Shown: positions 53,214 to 63,825 of the stretch, one piece after another
How positions within the stretch are numbered: the first letter of the stretch is position 1
How the letters are laid out: each line of letters opens with the position of its first letter
NCBI GenBank assembly: GCA_049970495.1
Contig: JBMFMV010000001.1
Span: forward strand, 2,604 to 66,603
Length of the DNA: 64,000 nucleotides
Source: a bacterium
GTDB taxonomy: Bacteria; DUMJ01
Direction: 5' to 3'
Notes under the pieces: model-generated
What the model saw: only the letters and a program-made list of their open reading frames with translations
What the model was told of the DNA's origin: nothing
Database searches by the model: none
Program-made: the position numbers and the translations under genes

Positions 53214-54056
53214 ATGTTGAAAAAGGGGATTAATATCTGGTCATTTCCACAGGGGATGAGTATCGAAGAGTGTATGAAGATAGCCAAAGATGCAGGTTTT
53301 GATGGAATAGAACTTTCTATAACAGAGAGTGGAGAGCTTGGCTTAGATAGTAGAGAAAGCGATATCTTAAAGTATAAGAAGATAGCAGAAGATATAGGTA
53401 TAGAGATAAGTGGTCTTGCCGCAGGTTTATACTGGAAATATCCGTTTACTAGCAGTTCTAAAGATATTAGAGAAAAGGCAAGGGATATATGCAAGAAACA
53501 GCTAGAGTTTGCAAGTATCTTGGGAGTTGATACAATCCTAGTCGTCCCAGGATATGTAGGTGTAGATTGGATGCCAGGGGCAGAAGTGATAGAGTATGAT
53601 AGGGCTTATGACTATGCGTTAGAGGCTATAACTGAATTATCAAAGTTCGCAGAATCTTGTAAGGTATGCATAGGGGTAGAGAATGTATGGAATAAATTCT
53701 TACTATCACCTCTGGAGATGAGAGATTTTATAGACAAGATTAACTCTAGATACGTAGGTGCCTATCTGGATGTTGGTAATATTATCTACATAGGATATCC
53801 TGAACACTGGATAAAGATACTCGGTAGCAGGATAAAGAAGATTCATGTAAAAGATTATAGAAGACAAGGGTGTGGATTAGCAGGCTTCGTAGATCTACTC
53901 GCAGGAGATGTAGATTTTCCTAAAGTGATTTCTGCATTGAAAGATGTAGGGTATGACAACTATCTAAATGCAGAGATGTCTGCATATAAGCATTATCCTC
54001 TACAAATGATATATAACACATCTAAATCTATGGATAAGATACTTGGGAGGGGATAG
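53214..54056 (+). CDS. Sugar phosphate isomerase/epimerase (xylose-isomerase-like TIM barrel)
   Basis: AP_endonuc_2 / TIM-barrel pattern. The ATG at 53214 is preceded by GGAGGTGA. Confidence 0.7.
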   Translation: MLKKGINIWSFPQGMSIEECMKIAKDAGFDGIELSITESGELGLDSRESDILKYKKIAEDIGIEISGLAAGLYWKYPFTSSSKDIREKARDICKKQLEFASILGVDTILVVPGYVGVDWMPGAEVIEYDRAYDYALEAITELSKFAESCKVCIGVENVWNKFLLSPLEMRDFIDKINSRYVGAYLDVGNIIYIGYPEHWIKILGSRIKKIHVKDYRRQGCGLAGFVDLLAGDVDFPKVISALKDVGYDNYLNAEMSAYKHYPLQMIYNTSKSMDKILGRG

Positions 54057-54057
54057 A

Positions 54058-55083
54058 ATGTTAAAAGTAGGACTTATAGGAATAGGCTTTATGGGAAGAG
54101 GACACTTAGATAACTATATAAGACTTGAATCTGAAGGGTTTCCTATCAAGCTTGTAGCTATATGCGATATAGACCCGGCTAAGTTTGAGAATAAGTTTAT
54201 ACCAGGGAATATAGATGTAGGGACAAAAAAGTATGATTTTAATAGATATAGACTCTATACAAATCTTGACGAGATGTTAGAGAAGGAAGAATTAGACTAT
54301 GTTGATATCTGCCTTCCAACCTATTTACATGCAGAGGCAACTATAAAGGCTCTAGATAGAGGTATGCATGTCTTATGTGAAAAGCCAATGGCTCTAAACT
54401 CTAAACAGTGTATAGAGATGATAGAAGCAGCAAAGAGGAATAATAAAAAGCTAATGATAGGACACTGTCTCAGATTCTGGCCTGAGTATGAATACCTAAA
54501 GGAATGTGTAGAGACGGAAAGATTTGGCAAATTCTTAGGTGGATATTTCTATAGGGGTGGCGGAACTCCTAAGTGGTCCTATGAGAACTGGCTTCTTACT
54601 AAAGAAAAGAGTGGAGGCTGTATCTTAGATCAGCATATACATGACGTAGATACAATAAATTGGCTCTTCGGAAAGCCTACTGCGGTTACAACAATAGCCA
54701 GAAATGTCATACCAGGGAGTGGATATGATATAGTCTCAACAAACTACATATACCCTGATGGAAAGGTTATAAATGCACAAGATGACTGGACACTTCAGGG
54801 GGATTATGGATTCGAGATGTTATTTAGGGCAAACTTCGAAAGAGGAAATCTTATCTTCCAACAGGGGGTCTTAAGGGTAAATCCAAATGATGGTAAGAGT
54901 TTTATCCCGGAGCTTCCAAAGGAAATGGGTTATTATAGAGAGATCAAATATTTTGCTGAGTGTATTCTTAACGATAAACCTATTACTGTAGCTCCTCCAG
55001 AGAGCAGTAAAGAGACAATAGAAATAGTAGAGGCTGAGATAAGATCTGCCGACAATAAAGGTGAAATAACACCTGTATTATAA
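54058..55083 (+). CDS. Gfo/Idh/MocA-family NAD(P)-dependent oxidoreductase
   Basis: The N-terminal Rossmann segment is KVGLIGIGFMGRGH, and EKP is present. The ATG at 54058 follows a GGGAGGGGA RBS. Confidence 0.8.
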   Translation: MLKVGLIGIGFMGRGHLDNYIRLESEGFPIKLVAICDIDPAKFENKFIPGNIDVGTKKYDFNRYRLYTNLDEMLEKEELDYVDICLPTYLHAEATIKALDRGMHVLCEKPMALNSKQCIEMIEAAKRNNKKLMIGHCLRFWPEYEYLKECVETERFGKFLGGYFYRGGGTPKWSYENWLLTKEKSGGCILDQHIHDVDTINWLFGKPTAVTTIARNVIPGSGYDIVSTNYIYPDGKVINAQDDWTLQGDYGFEMLFRANFERGNLIFQQGVLRVNPNDGKSFIPELPKEMGYYREIKYFAECILNDKPITVAPPESSKETIEIVEAEIRSADNKGEITPVL

Positions 55084-55088
55084 GATGC

Positions 55089-55112
55089 GCCCCGGAGGTT
55101 CCGGGGCTTTTC
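55089..55112 (+). terminator. Rho-independent terminator between convergent genes
   Basis: 8-bp stem gccccgga / tccggggc with loop ggt, followed by TTTT. Confidence 0.65.
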
Positions 55113-56373
55113 ATATCTTCTCTAACACTTTACTAGTCTCTTCTATTAATACATCCTCTATATCCTGAGAAAATGGAAATACATTAAAGATCTTTGGTGC
55201 AATGTATGAGGCATAGTCTCCTCGATCCATATACGCTTCCTTCGTTGGGATATACCCTACAAGGCCATTTGTATATCCAAATGTAAATAACATAGGGAAT
55301 TTTTTCTTCAATCTTAGTCCATACTCGCAGAATATCTCACCAGGTATCCCTATAATCTTAATCTCCCCTATACTTATCCCCTGGATTGGGATATTCTCTA
55401 TGTATGGATTCTCTTTGAGACTCTCATAAGAGAGTTCGGCATCTTTCAGCCACTCTTCTACAAATCTCTGAGCACTCTTATTATCCTTATACACCTCTAG
55501 CCAGTATTCTGCATCTTTTTTCATCTCTTCCTTAGAAGGAATCTGTAGGGGGAGCTCTATCCTCTCTTCAGCAACGCTTATCTTAGGGTTTTCAACCATT
55601 TTCCCATACACCTTAGACTTTAATGCCCTATTGGCTAATATATGACCTAAAAGCTCTATATCTTCCTTTGTTCCTCTTCCCCACCTATTCATATTAGTTA
55701 CCGGGTCTATATCTCCACAGAATCCCTGAAAGAACAAACAATTATAGGCATTTTCTTCCATACAACGGATTAACTCACCTGGCCAGTCGGCTGATATATC
55801 TTTAGTCCTCCCAAGAACAACAGGATGACAGGCATAATTAGTTAGGAATATACTCTTATCCTGTCTTTCAAATAATAAGACACTTAACTGAGGGTCTATC
55901 GGCTCAAACCTCCTTAATCTTCTATTAAATCCAATAGGCTCTATAATTTCACTGTGATAGTAAAGTTTTGCCTTTTTCAAATTTGCCTTGGCGAAGTCTA
56001 CACTAGATATAATCTTCTCTTTCAATTCAGTTAGGTATCTATTATCAACTTCTCCAAGCCCTCGCAATTTCTGAACAGCAGGTCCTGAATGTGTATGTGT
56101 ACAGCTAAGAGTTATATTCTTTATCTCCAATCCTTCCTTATTTGCTATGACGCTTCTTAAAGTATCAGCAAAATCTACTGAAAACCCAATTAAGTCACAA
56201 CTTATAAGGATAGCTTTGTTCTTACTATCATCAAGATATAAAACCCTAACCTTTAAATCACCTAATATATTTTCCTCTTTTCTATCTAGATAGAATCCAT
56301 AACCAGTAAGGTCAAGTTTAAACTCAGGAGAAGGGGTAATTACACGCTCTCCATAACCAACTAATAGTTCCAT
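55111..56373 (-). CDS. Neutral/alkaline ceramidase-like N-terminal-domain hydrolase
   Basis: 420 aa. The LSCTHTHSGP motif resembles the ceramidase GxxHxHS zinc site. Confidence 0.5.
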   Translation of the reverse strand: MELLVGYGERVITPSPEFKLDLTGYGFYLDRKEENILGDLKVRVLYLDDSKNKAILISCDLIGFSVDFADTLRSVIANKEGLEIKNITLSCTHTHSGPAVQKLRGLGEVDNRYLTELKEKIISSVDFAKANLKKAKLYYHSEIIEPIGFNRRLRRFEPIDPQLSVLLFERQDKSIFLTNYACHPVVLGRTKDISADWPGELIRCMEENAYNCLFFQGFCGDIDPVTNMNRWGRGTKEDIELLGHILANRALKSKVYGKMVENPKISVAEERIELPLQIPSKEEMKKDAEYWLEVYKDNKSAQRFVEEWLKDAELSYESLKENPYIENIPIQGISIGEIKIIGIPGEIFCEYGLRLKKKFPMLFTFGYTNGLVGYIPTKEAYMDRGDYASYIAPKIFNVFPFSQDIEDVLIEETSKVLEKI

Positions 56374-56459
56374 AATTATCCTCCTAATAGGGATATTTTT
56401 TAGATATTATAACCCACTATGGTATAATTTAGTTAGAAAAATTTTTAAGGAAGGGATGG

Positions 56460-57170
56460 GTGATGTTTTCAAAGGCTCTATTAATAATTCTGTTTATACT
56501 GATATTTGTAGGGATTACTTACGGGAATGAGAATAGCGTAGAGATTACATATTTTGGCCATTCCATGTTTTTAATAAAATCTAGCTCTATCTCTATAGTT
56601 ACCGACCCCTTTAATCCTGCAGTTGGATTCCCCTTACCTGATGTAAAATCAGATATAGTAACTGTAAGTCACGAACATTCTGATCATAATAACGTGTCTC
56701 TTGTAAAGGGTAGTCCTGTAATAGTCAATGGTAATGCAGAGGTCAAAGGGATAAAGTTTATAGGAATCTCTTCATACCATGATAACAAAGGCGGGACATT
56801 AAGAGGTAATAATACCATTATAAAGTGGGTTCTAGATGGTATAATCTTTGCCCACTTTGGAGACTACGGAGAGGATGAACTTACAAAAGAACAGTATGAG
56901 AAACTTAAAGGCACAGATGTGATATTTATACCAGTGGGTGGGGTATATACCATTGATGTAGAAAAGGCTCTTAGTATTATAAGAAAGATAGAACCTAAGA
57001 TGGCTATTATTATGCACTATAGGGTAAACTCTTATGGATTAAGAGTCCTAGCATCTATAGAGGATATAAAAAGGATAATCCCTGAACTAGAAAAGATGCC
57101 TTCTACTATAAAGATTTCAAAGAGTTCTCTTCCAACAAATACTAAGATTGTCTATATGGAGATAAAGTAA
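56460..57170 (+). CDS. Secreted MBL-fold metallo-hydrolase
   Basis: Signal peptide, then HSMFL...D and a SHEHSDH-type metal-binding motif. Confidence 0.7.
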   Translation: MMFSKALLIILFILIFVGITYGNENSVEITYFGHSMFLIKSSSISIVTDPFNPAVGFPLPDVKSDIVTVSHEHSDHNNVSLVKGSPVIVNGNAEVKGIKFIGISSYHDNKGGTLRGNNTIIKWVLDGIIFAHFGDYGEDELTKEQYEKLKGTDVIFIPVGGVYTIDVEKALSIIRKIEPKMAIIMHYRVNSYGLRVLASIEDIKRIIPELEKMPSTIKISKSSLPTNTKIVYMEIK

Positions 57171-57177
57171 CACAAAC

Positions 57178-57212
57178 TTGACAGATAGAATTAGATAATA
57201 TAAACTCATACT
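57178..57212 (+). promoter_or_regulatory. Putative sigma-70 promoter of leuS
   Basis: TTGACA at 57178-57183 is followed by a TATAAA/TAAACT -10 candidate 15-17 nt downstream. Confidence 0.4.
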
Positions 57213-57260
57213 CAATAAAAAAACTATATCAGTTGGTTGATGGAGGGTTAAGGCGATAGT

Positions 57261-59705
57261 ATGGATTATAATCCTAAAGTTATAGAAGAGAAGTGGCAAA
57301 AAAGGTGGGCTAATGAAGGCTTAAATGAGGCTAAAAATGATACTTCCTTACCTAAGGCTTATATCTTAGAGATGTTTCCCTACCCATCTGGGGATATACA
57401 TATGGGACATGTAAGAAATTATGTCCTTGGTGACGTAATTGCCAGATATTACAGATTCAAAGGGTACAATGTCTTGCATCCTATGGGTTGGGATGCCTTT
57501 GGTCTTCCCGCAGAAAATGCGGCAATAAAAAGAGGAATACACCCTGCAAAGTGGACCTGGAGTAACATAGAAAATATGAAAAAACAACTAAAGCGATTAG
57601 GTATATCTTATGACTGGAACAGAGAGCTAGCAACATGTGATCCAAGCTACTACAAATGGACTCAGTGGTTCTTCTTACTTATGTACAAGAGAGGTCTAGC
57701 TTATAAGGGTAAAGCAAAGGTAAATTGGTGTCCAAATTGTAAGACGGTTACAGCAAATGAAGAGGTAATAGATGGGACCTGTTGGAGATGCCATCAACCT
57801 GTAGAAGAGAGATATCTGGAACAATGGTTCTTCAAGATTACAGACTATGCAGAAAGACTCTTAAATGACCTTGACAAGCTATCTGGCTGGCCTGAGCATG
57901 TAAAGACTATGCAGAAAAACTGGATAGGTAAGAGTGTTGGGGCTGAGATAGTCTTTAAGATAAAAGAGATAGATAGAGACGTCAAAGTCTTTACCACTAG
58001 ACCTGATACACTCTTTGGTGCCACATTCTTTGCTATACCACATGAGTCTAGTCTTATAGAAGAGATGAAAAAATCCCCTCTATTCAAAAAGGAAGAGGTA
58101 GAAAAATTAATCTCAAAGATAAATATATTAGGTAGTGAAAAAGAGAAACTTGGAGTCTTTACTGGGCTTCATGCTGTAAATCCTATCAACGGGGAAGAGA
58201 TTCCTGTATGGATAACTAACTATGTCCTACAGGAGTATGGAACGGGTGCAATTATGGGTGTTCCTGCTCACGATGAAAGGGACTTTGACTTTGCTAAGAA
58301 GTATGGGATCCCTATAAGGACAGTTATTTTGCCTCCAGGAGGGTCTCCTGATGGAGAATTAGAAGTCTCATATATAGGGGAAGGCTTATTGGTAAACTCC
58401 TCCATATTTAACGGTTTATACAATGAGATAGCAAAAGTTAAGATAGTAGAATATCTCCAGAGAAAGGGGCTTGCAGAACCTAAAGTAAACTATAGACTCA
58501 GAGACTGGCTCATATCCCGTCAGAGATATTGGGGTGCCCCTATTCCAATCGTATACTGTGATAAGTGCGGGATAGTACCTGTGCCTGAGGAAGATTTACC
58601 AGTTCTCCTACCTGAGGATATAGACTTTACCCCTACTGGGAGTATATCACCACTAGCTAAGTCTGAAGAGTTTGTAAATACTACCTGTCCAAAGTGTGGG
58701 GGACCGGCCAAGAGAGAAACAGATACTATGGCAACATTTATATGCTCCTCTTGGTATTACTACAGGTTTACCGATCCCCACAATGAAAAGGCTCCTTTTA
58801 GTAAAGAAGCGGTGACTTACTGGATGCCTGTAGATAGATACATTGGAGGGGTAGAACACGCAGTCTTACACCTTTTATACTCCAGATTCTTTACTAAGGT
58901 CTTATATGATGCAGGATATATAAACTTTGAGGAACCATTCACTAATCTATTCACACAAGGGATGGTGCTAAAGGATGGGACAGCGATGTCCAAGTCATTA
59001 GGTAACATAGTAGAGCCATCTCCTATAATAGAAAAATACTCCGCAGATACCTTAAGGCTATTCATCCTCTTTGCATCTCCCCCAGAGAAGGAGTTAGAGT
59101 GGAGTGACGAGGGTGTTGATGGAATGTGGAGGTTCCTCAACCGCGTATGGAGACTCTACAATGAGTTGATCCCAGTCCTTAATAACAGTAATGATGCTAT
59201 CGATAGTGGAATAGATAGAGAACTTGTAAGGTGGAAACACACCACAATAAAAAGGGTGACAGAAGACATAATAGAAAGATTTCATCTAAATACTGCTATA
59301 AGTGCATTGATGGAGTGGAGTAATTTCCTCGGTGGGAATATAGAAGCGGTAAAGAGGGCAAGAAAAACTACTCTTAAGGACACTTTAGAGACATTCCTCA
59401 TACTCCTAGCACCATTTACTCCGCATATAGCAGAAGAACTTTGGGAGATTTTAGGACATAAGGAGAGCATTTTTAGGGAGAAATGGCCTGAGTATGACCC
59501 TAACCTTATGAAGCAATTTGAATACGAGTTGATAATCCAAGTAGACGGAAAACTCAGAGATAAGATAAAGACAGGGGAAAGAGATATGGAAAAGTTAAAG
59601 GAGATTGTCCTACAGCTCCCTAGAGTAAAAAAATTTACTGAGGGCAAAGAGATAAAGAATATTATTACAGTCCCTGAAAAACTTATAAACATTGTAACAG
59701 GCTGA
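57261..59705 (+). CDS. leuS: Leucine--tRNA ligase
   Basis: 814 aa. The HIGH motif is HMGHVRN. The KMSKS motif and the CP1 editing domain are present. Confidence 0.9.
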   Translation: MDYNPKVIEEKWQKRWANEGLNEAKNDTSLPKAYILEMFPYPSGDIHMGHVRNYVLGDVIARYYRFKGYNVLHPMGWDAFGLPAENAAIKRGIHPAKWTWSNIENMKKQLKRLGISYDWNRELATCDPSYYKWTQWFFLLMYKRGLAYKGKAKVNWCPNCKTVTANEEVIDGTCWRCHQPVEERYLEQWFFKITDYAERLLNDLDKLSGWPEHVKTMQKNWIGKSVGAEIVFKIKEIDRDVKVFTTRPDTLFGATFFAIPHESSLIEEMKKSPLFKKEEVEKLISKINILGSEKEKLGVFTGLHAVNPINGEEIPVWITNYVLQEYGTGAIMGVPAHDERDFDFAKKYGIPIRTVILPPGGSPDGELEVSYIGEGLLVNSSIFNGLYNEIAKVKIVEYLQRKGLAEPKVNYRLRDWLISRQRYWGAPIPIVYCDKCGIVPVPEEDLPVLLPEDIDFTPTGSISPLAKSEEFVNTTCPKCGGPAKRETDTMATFICSSWYYYRFTDPHNEKAPFSKEAVTYWMPVDRYIGGVEHAVLHLLYSRFFTKVLYDAGYINFEEPFTNLFTQGMVLKDGTAMSKSLGNIVEPSPIIEKYSADTLRLFILFASPPEKELEWSDEGVDGMWRFLNRVWRLYNELIPVLNNSNDAIDSGIDRELVRWKHTTIKRVTEDIIERFHLNTAISALMEWSNFLGGNIEAVKRARKTTLKDTLETFLILLAPFTPHIAEELWEILGHKESIFREKWPEYDPNLMKQFEYELIIQVDGKLRDKIKTGERDMEKLKEIVLQLPRVKKFTEGKEIKNIITVPEKLINIVTG

Positions 59706-59706
59706 G

Positions 59707-60294
59707 ATGACTAATAGGGAAAAGTATTTAGTAGGTATAATTATAATTCTAATTGGTGCTCTTCTTTTCTCTCTAAATAAGCCTGTTAAAGAGGAAAAGA
59801 AAGAGTCCTCTATTATTATTGAAGAAAAAGATAATAGTAAGATTAGCAATACAAAGGTTGCGGTTCATATAGGTGGTGCAGTGAAAAGTCCTGGTTTATA
59901 CTATCTACCAGCGAATTCAAGAGTTGCTGATGCTATCCAGACTGCAGGAGGACCAACTTCTGATGCGGACCTAGATGCAATAAATCTGGCAAGCAAAGTA
60001 ACTGATAGTTCAAAGATCTTAGTACCCTCTAAGGTAAGGGGGGTAAATGATATAGTAGCTGAGAAGACTCTTCAAGGCGAATCTTCTGAGCCTTCTAATA
60101 CCAAAATAAATATAAATACCGCAAGCGCCAAAGAGCTAGAAGAACTGCCAGGGATAGGTCCAGCCCTTGCCAATAGGATAGTCTCCTATAGGGAGACAAA
60201 TGGCCCATTTAAGAGTATAGAAGATTTAAAGAAAGTCTCAGGTATAGGTGAGAAAAGATTCGAGGCTATAAAGGATTTGATTGTTGTGGAATGA
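59707..60294 (+). CDS. comEA: Competence protein ComEA (HhH DNA-binding)
   Basis: N-terminal TM segment. The C-terminal tandem HhH is LEELPGIGPALANRIV...LKKVSGIGEKRF. Confidence 0.85.
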   Translation: MTNREKYLVGIIIILIGALLFSLNKPVKEEKKESSIIIEEKDNSKISNTKVAVHIGGAVKSPGLYYLPANSRVADAIQTAGGPTSDADLDAINLASKVTDSSKILVPSKVRGVNDIVAEKTLQGESSEPSNTKININTASAKELEELPGIGPALANRIVSYRETNGPFKSIEDLKKVSGIGEKRFEAIKDLIVVE

Positions 60295-61657
60295 GATAAA
60301 AAATAGACCAAGCGTTATTATTTTTCTTTCTATAGTTATTGGAACACTTCTATTTAGATATACTAATCTAATTTTTATTCCCTTTTTATTTTTAGGGCTG
60401 ACATTTCTCTTTATAGAAGAGAAGATAAGTCTTATTATAGTAATAATACTCTTGAGTGCATGGTGGACATCTAAAAACTATGAAAAATACATTAATTCGA
60501 TTAGAGAGATAGAAAAGATATCTAATGATGAAATCCGTATGGTCTGTTCTGTAAAAGATGCATCAAGGTATGGATTAAAGGTAGATAAGATAACAATAGA
60601 TAAAACAAGATATTACGGAGTATTAGAGGTAAAGGTAAGAGAAAACACCTATCAATATGGTGATAAGTTATATATAGTCGGAAAACTGTATAAAAATAGG
60701 GTAATAGACATAGACAAAAAGCTTTTTCAGGAGAGGATTATAGGGACAGTATACCCTAATAAGGTGAAAATTCTATCTAAACCCAGTTTTTCTCTTAAGC
60801 GGTCTCTTTATATTATAAGAACTAAAATAAGAGATAAGGTATCTCTATTTCTTAATCCTGAAGAGCGAGAACTTACTATGGCTATGGTCTTAGGGATAAG
60901 CGATGAACTCCCATATGATATATACAAGAACTTTAAAGTCACAGGACTCATTCACACATTAGTAGTATCAGGGGCACAGGTCTCTATAATCGTTTCTAGT
61001 ATAATACCTTTTTTAACAGGTTTACAGCTATTAATCTTATTTCCACTAGTTTTCTTGTATGCCCTTATCACCGGACTGGAGATAAGTGTAATAAGAGCAA
61101 GTATTATGATGGGTATAAATATTTTAGCCCGTATCATACATGAAGACTATGACCCTCCATCAAGTCTTGCATTTTCAGGTATAGTAATCTTACTTTTTGA
61201 TCCATTATCCATTTTTAGCTCAAGCTTTCAATTAAGCTTTTTAGCAACATTCAGCCTTATAAGTATTGCCCCTTATTTGAGAGTAAAAAGGCTAGACTTT
61301 ATGATGCCAACGATAACAGTCCAAGGGATTCTGGCTCCTCTACTTTTATACAAGAATGGTTCATTGCCTCTAATAAGCTTCCCAATAAATATAATAGTCT
61401 CCCCATTAATCTCCATCTTAACTATAGGTAGTTTTATTTTGGCGCTATCTACATTCACCTTCCCCTTTATTACTTATCTGATAAGTATTATAATAAAACC
61501 GATTATTCATCTCCTATTGCGTATAATAGTCTTTGGTAATAAAATGTCGTATGATATTAAGTACAGCCCTAGTATAATAGAATTGATAGCTACATATATT
61601 ATTATTGGAGGACTAATCTATATTGGATATACCAGATTATATAAAGACGATAAATGA
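60281..61657 (+). CDS. comEC: ComEC/Rec2-family competence membrane protein, short form without an MBL domain
   Basis: 458 aa polytopic membrane protein carrying the competence domain. Synteny is canonical, directly after comEA. Confidence 0.7.
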   Translation: MLWNEIKNRPSVIIFLSIVIGTLLFRYTNLIFIPFLFLGLTFLFIEEKISLIIVIILLSAWWTSKNYEKYINSIREIEKISNDEIRMVCSVKDASRYGLKVDKITIDKTRYYGVLEVKVRENTYQYGDKLYIVGKLYKNRVIDIDKKLFQERIIGTVYPNKVKILSKPSFSLKRSLYIIRTKIRDKVSLFLNPEERELTMAMVLGISDELPYDIYKNFKVTGLIHTLVVSGAQVSIIVSSIIPFLTGLQLLILFPLVFLYALITGLEISVIRASIMMGINILARIIHEDYDPPSSLAFSGIVILLFDPLSIFSSSFQLSFLATFSLISIAPYLRVKRLDFMMPTITVQGILAPLLLYKNGSLPLISFPINIIVSPLISILTIGSFILALSTFTFPFITYLISIIIKPIIHLLLRIIVFGNKMSYDIKYSPSIIELIATYIIIGGLIYIGYTRLYKDDK

Positions 61658-62564
61658 GTTAAAGTCTGGCGAAGTTTCTCATATATATGTATTAAGTGGA
61701 GACTGGGATTTCCTAAAAGATGATATAATCTCTAGGATCTATACATTCTTAAGATCTAAGGGTGATACGGTAATAATACGGACAGAGTCAGAGGTAGAGT
61801 TAGACAAAGAGATAAAAAATGCAAAGAGTGTCCTTATACCTACTGTAAAATTAATTATAGCAAGGCTTAATAGCCCTCCTAAGCTTAAAACCCTTCCTGA
61901 AGATATATATGTAGTTATAGATACAGATTCGATTATCAAGATACCTAGGAGTAAACAGGTAAATCTATCCCCCCCTAGTCCAAGAGAAGTTGATGTCTAT
62001 ATAAAAGAGATTATAAGAGGTTTAGCTAGATACTACAATAAAGTAATAGATGAAAGTTCCATAAGTATGCTTGCCTCTAGTCTTGTACAGGCTCCATATC
62101 TTCTCCTATCAGTATGGAATACCCTCCTACTTCTGACAGGAGATAAGGAGATTATAGAAGAGGCTGATATAAGAGAAGTAATGAAGAGTATCCCTACTCT
62201 TACTGGTTTTCAACTTATAGACCTATTAGAGAGAGGAAGAACACAAGAAGCCCTCTTCTTATTAAGAAAAGAATATTATCCAGATAGTGAAATAATGCAA
62301 TTACTTTCTGCTTTAAGAAAGAGATACAAACTTATCTTGTACGCAAAGACGATAAATCCTCAAGATACAGAACTGGCTAAATTTTTTAATATCTCTAGTG
62401 GATACGCAAGGTTTATTCTGAGCATAAGTAGAGATTATCCACTAGATAATCTGATACAAAAAATAAAACTCCTCCTCTCAATCGAGAGGAGGGTAAAGAC
62501 GGGGGAATTAAAACCAAAAGAAGGCCTAGAAGACTTTATTCTTTTCCTAGGCCTGAGCGATTAA
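61623..62564 (+). CDS. holA: DNA polymerase III delta subunit
   Basis: 313 aa. The N-terminal HIYVLSGD segment is present. Synteny is canonical, directly after comEC. Confidence 0.65.
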   Translation: MDIPDYIKTINELKSGEVSHIYVLSGDWDFLKDDIISRIYTFLRSKGDTVIIRTESEVELDKEIKNAKSVLIPTVKLIIARLNSPPKLKTLPEDIYVVIDTDSIIKIPRSKQVNLSPPSPREVDVYIKEIIRGLARYYNKVIDESSISMLASSLVQAPYLLLSVWNTLLLLTGDKEIIEEADIREVMKSIPTLTGFQLIDLLERGRTQEALFLLRKEYYPDSEIMQLLSALRKRYKLILYAKTINPQDTELAKFFNISSGYARFILSISRDYPLDNLIQKIKLLLSIERRVKTGELKPKEGLEDFILFLGLSD

Positions 62565-62834
62565 CATCTGAGACTCTAATAGACTGAGCCTCTTCATTAA
62601 TCTAGACTTCTTTCTACTTGCTGTATTATCGTGTATAATGTTCTTCTTAGCTGCCTTGTCAAGTAAACTACATACAAGGCTTATCTGTGATTTTGCTGCG
62701 TTTACATCTCTTGCCTCTATATATGCCAAAAACTTTTTAACCTCAGTCTTAATCCTAGATTTAACAGCCTTATTCCTTTCAGCCTTTCTTCTAGAAGATC
62801 TAAGCTGTTTCTTAGCAGACCTTGTATTCGGCAC
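62547..62834 (-). CDS. rpsT: 30S ribosomal protein S20
   Basis: The N-terminus is MPNTRSAKKQLRSSRRKAERNKAVKS. Confidence 0.85.
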   Translation of the reverse strand: MPNTRSAKKQLRSSRRKAERNKAVKSRIKTEVKKFLAYIEARDVNAAKSQISLVCSLLDKAAKKNIIHDNTASRKKSRLMKRLSLLESQMLIAQA

Positions 62835-62944
62835 TTATTTGACCTCCATCCTTTATTCTAATTCTCTCTAGAAAGTATACCACAATTATATCTGAACTTT
62901 CAAGAGCCCAACATTCCTCAACAGAAATTACTCAATTAAATTAG

Positions 62945-63589
62945 CCCCTCTGGAGGATATCTTTTCATTACCTCCAAGAGAAAGCTCCATATTCTTTGGG
63001 CTTAACAAAAAGAGATAGAGACGGTTACAGACTACGTCCAGATGGAAAGACATTAACTGTAACTATTGATGCATCCACCCATCATACACCAAGTATAGAC
63101 ATTATGCAGTTAGTAGTAAAATATTGGAAAGATCTAGGTATAAAGGCAGAAGTAAAAGTGATGGAAAGGTCTCTCTTTGAGACGAGACATCCTGCAAATG
63201 AACATGAGATGCATGCGTTTACTACTAGCTTTGGTGCAGATGGTTACTCTGGTGATAGGTCTCCCAATACTAGATGGTGTCCACTATGGTATAACTGGCT
63301 TAATACTGGAGGAAAGATCGGCGAAGAACCACCCAAAGAGGTAAAGAAACTTTGGCAATTAATGAATGAGGAATTCTTCTCTACTAAAAGTGAGGCTAAG
63401 AGAATAGCAATATTAAAAGAAGCTATGAGATTACATGCAGATAATCTTTGGATTATAGGAACTGCCGGTGTAACATGGATGATGGGTATTGCAAGGAATA
63501 ACCTAAGAAATGTCCCTGATACTGGATTTACTTGGCATCCAGCTTCACCAGGTGTCTTTAGACCAGAGCAATTTTTCTTTAAGAAGTAA
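62945..63589 (+). pseudogene. 5'-truncated remnant of a family-5 ABC substrate-binding protein (C-terminal ~200 aa only)
   Basis: The frame is open from 62945 and contains no ATG start. The SBP_bac_5 C-terminal hallmark GLTKRDRDGYRLRPDGK is present. The N-terminal ~370 aa are missing, and rpsT occupies the upstream space. Confidence 0.65.
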
Positions 63590-63825
63590 ATTGTAATATT
63601 TAGACAGACCCTTCTAGATTGCTTCATGGTTACCTCCTCACGATTGCAGGAAAGATTATAAAAAACGGAATTTTATATAGTCTAGTATAATTTTTATAAA
63701 AATCTCTTAAAAAGACCTTAACTATCTTTAACTAATCTTTAATAAGAGTTTAATCTACCTTCTCTAAGCTATAAAGTGATGAGGTATAAAAAATGGGGCA
63801 AAAATTTTATGGAGGTGTAATAGTA

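Noticed and set aside
57171-57260. Possible T-box leader upstream of leuS
   Set aside because: The leader is only about 90 nt, too short for a T-box. No specifier-loop or antiterminator T-box consensus is visible.
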